Below are positions 53,992 through 64,000 of a stretch of 64,000 nucleotides of DNA, piece by piece. Position numbers and translations under genes: made by a program. Every line of letters begins with the position of its first letter. The first letter of the stretch is position 1. The notes beneath the pieces are model-generated. The model had not been told where the DNA came from, searched no databases, and saw only the letters and a list, made by a program, of their open reading frames with translations. The DNA is from Utricularia gibba (lineage: Eukaryota > Plantae > Magnoliophyta). Where the stretch lies: the NCBI GenBank assembly GCA_002189035.1, contig NEEC01000009.1:2232001-2296000 (forward strand), written 5' to 3'.

Positions 53992-55163
53992 TCAAGCTTT
54001 GGGCTTGAGGACCTTCACCTTCTCCCAAGTGAAATCGGGATCCTCTCGGCCGAAGTGGCCGTATGCGGCGGTCTTTTGGTACCTGAAGTTGCCTCCTCTT
54101 TTCAAGTCAAGGTTGATGGCAATCATTCCTGGCCTGAAGTCGAAGTTCTCCTTGATCAGAGCAAGGATGTCCTTGTCTGGGATCTTCCCTGTTTTGTAAG
54201 TATCGACGAACACAGAGAGGGGTTCGGCTACACCGATAGCATAGGACACCTGCACGATGCAACGGCGAGCAAGGCCGGAAGCCACAACACTCTTTGCTGC
54301 TTGCCTGACTATGTATGCACCGCTCCTGTCCACCTTGGTGGGGTCTTTGCCGGAGAAAGCGCCCCACCGTGAGCACCCCAGCCACCGTATGTGTCGATGA
54401 TGATTTTCCGACCAGTGAGACCGGCATCTCCATGTGGACCGCCAATGACAAAACGGCCTGATGGGTTGAGATGGAATATAGTTTTCTCATCAAGGTACTT
54501 TGCAGGAATCACTGGCTTGATAACATGCTCCTTAAGATCAGCAGCAATCTTATCGTTCTTTACGCTTTCTTCATGCTGTGTGGAGATGAGAACTGTGTGG
54601 ACTCTTAGAGGGACCATGGCTCCATTCTCGTTCTTGTACTCAACAGTGACTTGTGTCTTACCATCAGGTCGCAACCAAGGGCAAGTCTTGTTCTTTCGTG
54701 CTTCGGTGAGCTTGGCCCCTAGCTTGGTGGCAAGCACATGAGTGAGTGGCATCAGTTCCGGTGTCTCATCAGTGGCATAACCAAACATGTGCCCTTGATC
54801 ACCGGCTCCGATTTCCTCAGGTTTCTTGGTGAGATGGCCATGGACCCCTTGAGCAATGTCAGGACTCTGCTGTTCAATGTTTACAAGGACCTTGCAATTC
54901 TCGGCGTCAAGACCGACGTCAGGCGATGTAAAACCAATGCCTCTGCATGTATCCCTCACGATCTTCTCATAATTCAACTTCGCCTTTGTTGTGATCTCGC
55001 CGAATACCATTACCATATTTGTCTTCGTGCATGTCTCACAAGCTACTTTGCTCTCTGGATCTTGTTCTAGACAAGCATCGAGGATGGCATCAGAGACTTG
55101 ATCACAGAGCTTGTCCGGATGCCCTTCATTGACTGATTCCGATGTGAAAAGAAAGGTATCCAT
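53992..55163 (-). CDS. SAMS: S-adenosylmethionine synthetase (MAT3-type), intronless CDS, 5'UTR intron about 55608-55171; apparent 1-nt frameshift at 54362-54365
   Basis: [34 protein letters not shown] then [10 protein letters not shown] in a second frame. Confidence 0.95.
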
Positions 55164-55895
55164 ATCTTACCTGAAATACATCATGATGAACGTCAAACTG
55201 ATGAACATTAAAATGGAGGACCTCATAATGTTCGTCAATTCAAGCGAATGAAACACAAAATCCTATACACAACCTAATTGAAAACTCGAAATTCAACCAG
55301 ATCTGAATCTTATCATACAAAACAACTACACCGATTAATCAAGCTCAAACCTCTGAATCTCATCAGCGTTCCCGTGACTATAAACAAAACATTCTACAGA
55401 AAGACACCACCGACTGCTCTCGGATGACTACGACACTCAAAACAAGATCCGGATCTCAAAAATCATCAAAACCGACGAAATGAATGGCAACAATTTCGTG
55501 TCAAAGCCAAGAATCGATTACACGGCAAGAACGACACAATGCCGTCAAATCGAGGATAAGAGAAACAATGATCTGCGACTACAGCGAACGGAGAAGAAAT
55601 TTGATTACCTTTTCGTCCAAGTGAGCGATCTGGGAGAAATGTATCTGGAGGAGAAGGAACGCCGCTGTATATATATGTAATACTCGTGTGTACGTGTACT
55701 CTGGCCTGGCCTCTCGCTTCACTCCCATTTTCTTCGGTGGTAGAAGAGGCTGGCGTTTAAATTATTATTTTAAAAAATAATCGATTTTTTAAAAAAATTC
55801 CCATTTTAAAAGCTTACGCTAAGCAAAATCTATATATATAATACATAAATACTAAAGATGAAATAATTACGTAAATACCCTTCTTAACGCTTTTC

Positions 55896-55992
55896 TGGGC
55901 CTTCCTCACCCCTCGTCTTTGTGGGCCCTAAGTTGGGCTATCATGATGGTCCGAATAACGAATTTAGATCCTTGATCCAGTATGAGGCCCAA
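55896..55992. promoter_or_regulatory. Site II cluster in the SAMS/MYB divergent intergenic region
   Basis: TGGGCC, TGGGCC, TGGGCT and GGCCCA within about 100 bp. Confidence 0.5.
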
Positions 55993-56544
55993 ATCGTACT
56001 ATTTTACGTACGAAAATCAAGTTTATTATATAAATATTAATTTCAATTAGTCAATGACCTAAACCCTAGGATCTACGTGCCTATTTCAAGAGAGCACACA
56101 TAATGGAGGAAGGCGATGAGTTTTAGGGCAATAAAGTACGTGTCCCTATGGCCAAATGATTGGTGCTCCTTTTACTTGAGCACGCAAAAACAAGTTCGTG
56201 TCGATGACACTACCCACGTGCATGGTAATAGCAGTTTGGTCAATGCAGGATGCTAATTTTATGTTAGAAGATGATCAGCTTCGTAGTCTTTGAAGCTAAA
56301 AAGAATATGAAATAACATATTCAGCATACAGAAGTGTGAAGGTTGCACAAGCAATGTGAAAGACCTGCGTGGCGTAGGTGTAATAAAAAAAGAAAAGGTT
56401 TCTGAGGGTAATAACTGGTGCAGTTGTTGTTGGAAAACGCAGGAGTTATCTAAAAGGCTGGGAGGCTGAGAAGACGTACAAGAAGACGAAGAAGAAGAAG
56501 AAGAAGACGAAGAAAAGAGATTGTTTTGAGGGGAACGTCTGGAA

Positions 56545-57551
56545 ATGGGAAGAGCTCCTTGTTGTGATAAGGCAAAGGTGAAGAAAGGGCCGTGGTCTGC
56601 TGAAGAGGATGCCAAGCTTAAGGAGTATATACTAAAAAATGGAACTGGTGGGAATTGGATTGCTCTCCCACAAAAAGTCGGTGAGTTTTCTGGTTCAAGG
56701 TCTTACTCAAAAGGGGTGTTTGCTGCGAGCTTTTCTGATCAATCTTGAGAACAAGTTGTATTGAATTGTGTTGTTTTGTGGTTCTAAGGGCTGAACAGAT
56801 GTGGGAAAAGCTGCAGACTCAGATGGCTTAACTATTTGAGGCCAAATATCAAGCATGGGAGGTTTTGTGATGAGGAAGATGGAGTCATTTGCAGCCTCTA
56901 CGCCAGAATTGGGAGCAGGTATATGATTTTGAAATTCAATTTGTTTCTCCACGGCGAAAAAACTGTTTTTCGAGACACTTAGGAGTCTAGAAGTAAAACT
57001 GCAGGTGGTCGGCAATAGCATCGCACTTGCCAGGAAGAACAGATAACGATATCAAGAACCATTGGAACACGAAGTTGAAGAAAAAGTTCTTCATGGGGGC
57101 TTCAAACTCTCATGGAAGAAGCTCTTCTTGTCAAGCTAGCAGCATTATCGATAATAATCACCATCATTTTCCTTCACTAAGCACCATTAATCTCATAACC
57201 CCATCTCCATGTATGCCCCAAACACCTTCATTCTGTGATGACTCCATCGAGCCTTTCCCCATTCTTTTCAATCAGCTTCAAGACTCCACCACCACATTCA
57301 CAGAGAGCTACTTCCCCCCTTTTCACCGAAACGACGAAGACGTTTGTAGAAGCAACATTCTCATCTGTGGAGCTGAAGGGGCAGTCACTAGCTCACCAAA
57401 CGGGAGCTGCATCACGAACCAAATGGGCAACAACCGTGATAGCCAAAGCTTCATGATTGGTGACAATGCGTATGGTTTCTCATCATCTGATGCTGGTTTT
57501 CATAGAAATAATCCTACTCCTTTCGATGGATTCACGAGATCACCGAGCTAA
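56545..57551 (+). CDS. R2R3-MYB, subgroup 14 (RAX/Blind/MYB36-like); exons 56545-56680, 56789-56918, 57005-57551
   Basis: [61 protein letters not shown]. Confidence 0.92.
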
Positions 57552-60500
57552 TCTGTGGGGATAATCTGGGATCCTTTGTGGATTATCTGTCCAGCTGAAA
57601 ATGTGAAGCAACAGTTGTTTGATTCCTGTGTGATGATGATCATGTAGTTCTTATGGAAGAATTAGGCTTGTAGGAGAATTCGTTTCATGGCTGAATAATG
57701 TGTATCTTGGTTCATGTTCACCTAAGACATATATCTTCTTTCAGTGTTTGAACTTCACTTTGATCAAACCCTAGAAACCCAATTGCAAATCTCAACCATT
57801 CCAAGGACGATAACCTTGATTAGATGCTACTATTATACATCTTATGAACCGTTTATTAGGACGGTTTAATTTACTCGATATTAAATATATTATGTGAGAT
57901 AGTTATTATTATTATTATCATAAAATTAATTAAAAAATTACTTTCGACAATTTATTCATGTTCCCGGATAATTGTGAAAAAAAGCAGTAATAAAAAGCTT
58001 ATATTAATTTTCATTATTTTTCACATTAATAAAAAAGACGATGCGTCCACGTGTACGTAGTCCGATGGCGGGCCCCGGTGGCAGGCAGCGTCGTCCTACT
58101 TCTTACAAGCAATCAAGTTATGTTACCGGACGTCAACCTTCTTAGGGCAATAATAAATTTATACAATAATTAGTCGTCACCCATTTTGGTGCAATTATTC
58201 TAAAAAATCACGCACCCTTTTTAATAGGTGATTTTTCGGACGCGTCTTGTGATTTGAAAAATTAATTTATTAAAATAATAAAAATTATTATTATTATAAA
58301 ATTGAGTTGGTGGTAGGGATTCCAGAACAGCAGCAGTACCCGAGTTTATGGCCCAACATGACCAAGCCCAGTTTTTTTCCTAAAATGAATTTACTAACCT
58401 TGTGAAAGACCCAACCCAATCGAAGGTGAAAGTGGGTTAGACAAATATCTTAAAAATAAGAACATAAAATTGTAAAAATTGAATATTCAAAAAAAGATTA
58501 TATTATAAAATGAAAGACTACATCTTTGAGATTGGATCATTAGATTTGAAAAAATTGTGTTTGGCCTTCCCAAGAAAAAACCCCAAAAACCGATTTTTGA
58601 AAATAATTTTCTGGACTCTTTTTGATGAGATATAACGTGAGGAGTTTTGGAGAAGGTTTAGGGCATGATCGTTTTACGGGTGGCTCGTATCTCTGCTACA
58701 CGACATGCGTGTCCCCGTGTCCAGCTTTTAAGAAATATTAAAAGCAAATGCAAGTTCGGTTGGAGGAGAAGAGATGAGCATTAGGTAAGCACTGCACTGG
58801 TTTGCAGTGCATTCATTCTCGAGGATACTAATAACTGCTGTGGAACAAAAAACGCAGGCCCACGCCTTGTCTACTCGGTTTTGTATGTGTTCCCTAATCA
58901 AACCTTGCAACAACATGACAAACCTCCACACCCCTTTGTTTTTCCCCTTTCTTGCTGATGGGAATCGAGCCTCCTGCCTCTTTCAACAGTGTCTGTTAGA
59001 CACAAAACGGGGAGCAGGGGCAGCCCCAAGGTCGCAGCTATGGAGCTCACAGAGTATCCTTTTGAACCTCCTGGTTCTGATACACATACAGACCTCTGTC
59101 TCTCTTGTTGTGGGGTTTTCAAGAGACTAAAACCAAAACCAGTTTGGATTCGGACACTAATCATTCTAATGGCGTCTAGCTCTAAAATCTAGAAGGGGTT
59201 AGAAGGAAGCCATGATACAGAAAGTAAGTAATGAAGAAGTGGTGTGTGAACGTCTGATTCGATGAAAGGAACAAGACATCCACCCACACATCTGGATCGT
59301 TACATCGGGGGCCCAAGCGGAGTCACTCCATGTAAAATCCCATGGGCACCATTAAAATGCACATGTGGTTCTGCGCCTTTTGGTTTGACCGCCTCTGTTC
59401 ACAAGCCCCATGAACACTGTTAATGCCCCACATTAAGAGCAGCAAGCTCCGGCTGACCTTCGCAATCTTTATTATGAATTTGGGTTCCACGAAGATACGT
59501 GGGAAGATCCATTCAACCATCATTTCATTCAATACGTAGAGATGAAAGCGGCTTTCAGTTTCAATGTTGAGAAAGTATGTCGGGTTTTCCGGTCCATCGC
59601 TGAATCATTCGTACTGTTAGGACAGTCAAAAACCCATAAACGAAGTAGAGCTCGAGCCCCACACTTGGTTTCTTCTTCTTCATCCTCATCATTATTATTT
59701 CCGAAGAACATCTGATTTAACCGTTTTCACCAGAGTTACTGCACACCGCGAGGCATGGGGAGAATAAATGCATGTGGGCAATGCTTCTTTCTTCTTCTAC
59801 TCCTGATCAACTGCAGTCTCTTACGGGGGTTAAAAGGTAAAAACACATTGCCGTCGCAATAAAAAAAACCCCAAATATTCACTTTTTTTTAAAAAAAAAT
59901 CCATCTATCTTTTCTCGTGGGTCGACCCGATCCAACCGATGGAACCAAGAACCGGGTCGAACCGTAAAAAAAGTGATTTCTCTTCTTTTGGTTTGTTACT
60001 TGTACGGTAAAAAAAGGAAAAATGTAGCAAGGAGAAGAGGAGGAAACTTGCTATTTGACATCCCAAATGCGAAAATCGAGGTAATTTAATGTAGTAGCAG
60101 TTTGACCAATGTTGTTTCAGTACACTAAAGTCCTCTTTTACGGGTGGGTAGTTGGGTCAAAAGACTAGCATCCCTACATTGCATTTAATTTTAATATTTT
60201 ATTTTTAATTCAACCTAAGTAAAAAAAAAAAAAAGGGAGTAAAATTTTCAAGAGCACCAGATCATTGGGTCCAAATCACTGATCGCCTAGTCACACTTTT
60301 ATTGAATATGTTATAAAATTGGTTACTGTATGTATAAAAAATTCATCATAATGTGTGATAGAGAAAGTTAAGATAATCAATTTTCTGAGTGATTTGTGAA
60401 ATTGGACCAATGGTGGATTTTTTTTATATTTTAATGATGTTGTGGATAATTTAGTAATTTCAAAATCAAAGTATTTTTAAATATTAAAAATAATGCTTTA

Positions 60501-61543
60501 GGGTATTAATATAAATGATTTTAAATATGACTAGAATATATGTTGAATTTTATATTATAAATATTGTTAATTTCAATTCATATGAAACTAAAATACTTGA
60601 TTGATTTGTGATAAAAGATTCCAATATAATAAGAAAAATATTAAAAATATATTCGTTATTAAATTTCTTTTTTTTTACTCCATTAGCGACGAGCAAGACC
60701 CCCTTTAATGTAACACTATGTTCCGCCCTGAGGTCGGTTTCATCATAACCCATTTAAAATGATATATATGTATAGTTATTGGGTATTTTATTTGATGGAT
60801 ATTAGAAAATAAATCATCTTTTAGTTATACTAATAATCATTATTATTATTATTATTTTTTGAAAAAGCGATTTCATACATTCTTGGACATGGACCACGTG
60901 ACGGCAGGTCACTGTTCATTACAAAGTGTACGACTACTTCCCGGGCCTGCTGGTGTTGCCGCAAGGCAGACATCCCTTAACTAGAGCTGCGTCATACATT
61001 TGCTTTGGTTTAAGAGCAGACTCAGACACCACATTCCCTTTCGCAAGCTCTAATTTTTGCAACTTGGGTGATCAGGAATATCGACATCATGTGTACCCAT
61101 CTGGAGAGACGACATGGTTTCCTCCAGCAGATTAGAAAGTGAGATAGATGGTCGGTCACATGTGTCATGCCTGTTACTATGTTTTTGGGATTCAGGATTG
61201 AAGATTGGATCTTGAGGGCGTGTGTGCGCGCACAGAAGTGGGTTATGAAGTAGGTTTACGGATAATAAAACCCAAGTGGAGTTGTTGGAAGCTCAATGCT
61301 CAGTGAGAGTTAGGGTGTGTGCATCAGTGCTGCTGGAGATATGAATAAAAATGGGAGAGCTCGTTCCTGGTGAAAGTGGAAGAGGGAGGCCATAGCCAAG
61401 AAAACACGAGGGAAACGAATCTAAATCAATGATCCATGAATAAATAATAGTACCTTGTTGTCGATGATGATGATAATGGCAATAAAATAAAAGACAGAGA
61501 TATTGATTTGATTCAGACACGGTTTAGGGTTTCTTTTGTCGTT

Positions 61544-61702
61544 TCAGTCAGTGGGGTCTTTACTCTCACGCCAGCAGACGAGCAGAGCGATGCACCGGCG
61601 CACAATGTAGAACTTGGCCCGCTGTTTCTTGGCTAAGTGCGTGCATTTTTCTCCGAACGATCGCGATCCGTACTTGTCCGCTTCCCTTTCTCTTTCATCC
61701 AT
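61544..61702 (-). CDS. RTFL: DVL/RTFL (ROTUNDIFOLIA-like) small peptide, 52 aa
   Basis: MDERE...CTHLAKKQRAKFYIVRRCIALLVCWRE, the RTF domain; ORF-track start at 61801 is TTG, true ATG at 61702. Confidence 0.93.
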   Translation of the reverse strand: MDEREREADKYGSRSFGEKCTHLAKKQRAKFYIVRRCIALLVCWRESKDPTD

Positions 61703-62150
61703 TACGCCACAGCTGGAGACACACCGCAGTCGCCTGTAAGAAGAAGAAGAAGAAGAAGAGTCAGCAGAATGAGGACGAGGGTAGATATATGTGAGAAGCA
61801 ATGTGGGGAGGTGGGGAAAGGAACAATAACAAAAAGAAAAAAAAAAGTGGAGCTGAAGAAGAAGAAGGAGGAGAACAAACTTTCCCCTTCTCTGTTGGTA
61901 GTTTTGAGCAATCTGGACAAGTACGCGAACTGAGATCAGTTATGGCATTGAAATGTGGCCTGCATTTGGGCATTTCCCCCTTCTTCATCATTTGGGGTGA
62001 AAACTTTTCACTTCTTTTTATCTTCAAGTGTTGTGGCCCGTGGGGGGGAAGAAAAATCATCAGTACACCCTTTATTATTATTATTATTCCTCCACAAACA
62101 CCTCATGTGATGCTGCTGTCCATGTCCTCACACCATCGAAGGCATGATGG

Positions 62151-62198
62151 ATTAGGGGATTAGGGGATTAGGGTTTAGGGTTTAGGGTTTAGGGGGGG
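62151..62198. repeat. Short interstitial telomere-like array: three degenerate ATTAGGG(G) then (TTTAGGG)3
   Basis: GGATTAGGGGATTAGGGGATTAGGGTTTAGGGTTTAGGGTTTAGGGGGGG. Confidence 0.85.
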
Positions 62199-62752
62199 CC
62201 ATAAGGCTACTTGAAAAAACTTCCTATCAAGTTCATGATCTGGGTTCGACAAGCTGAATCCACTCAGTCATCTGCAACTGCCGTACTTCACAAAAAAAAA
62301 AAAAAAAAAGAAAAAAGAAAAAGAATTCTGCATCGACATTTTCAGTGCTCGAGGGTAGGAGATAGCTCTTGGCTCCATACGCATCTGCATCGTCATTTTT
62401 GGCCGGACATCTTGATGCAGTTATGCAGACTTGCTTGGGGCTCGAGGGCTGCAGCAGTCTATTCGATTGTTGATTTTGGGTGATCGGAATGTGGATATGG
62501 ATTTCCTTTTTCGATGTTCCTAGACATCATCGAACGACAAGAAAGTCATGGGAATGTGGTAGAGCAGAGGATCCATCACTGTTGCATCTAACAAGAGTGG
62601 AATCATAGGCTGATGATGTATTTAATGTTTAATGTTACACAAAGATTTACATTTGAATGTCACGGATGCTCTCAGCTATCTACTGCAATTTTGATGACAA
62701 AGTTCGGGAGCAACCCAACCAAGTATTGAAAGCATCACAGACATACCTTGTG

Positions 62753-64000
62753 TCACCTTGCAGCAGCTTCAAGAAGACCTTCCAGTTCTCTTCTCCCGAA
62801 AGATCTTCCATGACGAGCATTATTTTTGTGCTTTGCTGCCAAGTAGAATAGAAGCCAGGCTGCTAGGAAATACACCTCCATCAATGACTGAATCATCAAT
62901 GTGGAGAAATCACCAAGGATCCTTCTCAACACCCATCTTCCACACCATCCACATACCATTGCCTCCAACAATCTTATCTTGAAAGCAGGGCCAAACAAAA
63001 GCAGCATAAGATGGTATCCTTCTGCAAGAATCTCTCTGCCGCTTCTTCTTGAGTCGAAGATTGTGACCCAAGAATAGACTGTGAATAGGCATCCTAATAT
63101 CAAGTCACTCAGAAGCCAAAATGCAATGAAGTATGAGCTCTCCGACTCGTGCCCAATGACCCATGGAGCTAAATTTGCAAATGGCAAGAACTTTAACTTC
63201 AAGAAAATCTTGAAAAACACATATTGGTCTTCAATCTCACCAAAAAACAGTATCCCCATCACCTGAGCCATCGCATCCCTGACTGCCCATCTCATAAGGA
63301 TGAAACCTGAAAGCCTCCGGAGTCCGATGAACGATCCATCCCAAATCACCCGAAAGAAAGACCTGCTGTTTCCTAGCAAATGATCCACAACTTTAAGGAG
63401 CGTGATACCACTCACCCATGCGTATGTGATTATGAACCCAAACACAACATACACGTAAGTAGCAGACAGAACGCCCACAAAAAGGAATAAAGAAGTAGCA
63501 TCTCGATGACCCAATTCCAAACTCTTCAACAAGAACCCCAAATCAAACAGTGAGCCACTCTCCTTATCTCGTGCAACCTCCACAATCTCCTCTTTCTGGA
63601 CAGTGGCATTGATCCTGAACTCCGTCTTAAACCCAAACGCTCCCGGTTTCACCCTCTGGGCGAAAGAAATCCCGTCATCCGCAATGGAATCGGAGAAGCC
63701 AGAGTCCAATTTAAAGTTGGAAAGAAACAATAAAGTGGAATTGGGCGCAGGCTTCCTCGACTCCGAGTGAAAGAGTGACCGTTCAAAATCAGAATCCCCG
63801 GTGGAGAAGTCATCATCGAGTGCCCCCACACGAGACAGGTGAATAAAGGCGCGGCGGCGTGGCCGGGGGCCGCGCACATCCTGTATACCAGCGGACAGAT
63901 CGAGGCGAGAGAGAATCGATTTAAGCGAGGGATCACCGTCAATGAGAGAAGAGAGGTAATGAGACGCAGAGTGGACGTTGGAGCGGAAGGCAAGAACCAG
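62753..64000 (-). CDS. Conserved plant multi-pass membrane protein of unknown function, intronless, start beyond the window edge
   Basis: Frame open from 64000 (LVLAFRSNVH...IDGDPSLKSILSRLDL) through several hydrophobic segments to FGRRELEGLLEAAAR. Confidence 0.8.
   Translation of the reverse strand: MVLAFRSNVHSASHYLSSLIDGDPSLKSILSRLDLSAGIQDVRGPRPRRRAFIHLSRVGALDDDFSTGDSDFERSLFHSESRKPAPNSTLLFLSNFKLDSGFSDSIADDGISFAQRVKPGAFGFKTEFRINATVQKEEIVEVARDKESGSLFDLGFLLKSLELGHRDATSLFLFVGVLSATYVYVVFGFIITYAWVSGITLLKVVDHLLGNSRSFFRVIWDGSFIGLRRLSGFILMRWAVRDAMAQVMGILFFGEIEDQYVFFKIFLKLKFLPFANLAPWVIGHESESSYFIAFWLLSDLILGCLFTVYSWVTIFDSRRSGREILAEGYHLMLLLFGPAFKIRLLEAMVCGWCGRWVLRRILGDFSTLMIQSLMEVYFLAAWLLFYLAAKHKNNARHGRSFGRRELEGLLEAAAR

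Overview
Gene-dense angiosperm nuclear DNA: 21 recognisable protein-coding genes (about one per 3 kb, most introns 75-100 nt), no transposon coding sequence, and no recognisable tRNA, rRNA or CRISPR. Order: EEF1A lysine methyltransferase, eIF3a, TLDc/EF-hand protein, SmG, IscA2, ABI5, KIPK-like AGC kinase, PETAL LOSS-like trihelix, cytosolic aldolase, CTR1-like kinase, PP2-A15 F-box, LMI1-like HD-Zip I, ECP63-like LEA, threonine deaminase, pectin methylesterase, CHY/RING E3 ligase, WCRVC thioredoxin-like, SAM synthetase, RAX-type MYB, DVL/RTFL peptide and a 5'-truncated membrane protein. Not visible in the ORF track: (i) two decayed gene fossils (an RPS17 pseudogene eroded by several small deletions and a fragment of the AAECAAVCCCCPC plant family); (ii) three apparent 1-nt deletions in G/C runs (eIF3a, ABI5 tail, SAMS), most likely assembly errors; (iii) three GC-AG introns; (iv) a dense GGATAA/evening-element cluster, ABRE pairs, site II/telo-box motifs and a short telomere-like array; (v) several unexplained GC-rich islands. 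I found no convincing evidence of a wholly new biological system; the best leads are the fossils, unexplained islands and regulatory clusters. Homology calls are from recalled sequence motifs, not database searches.
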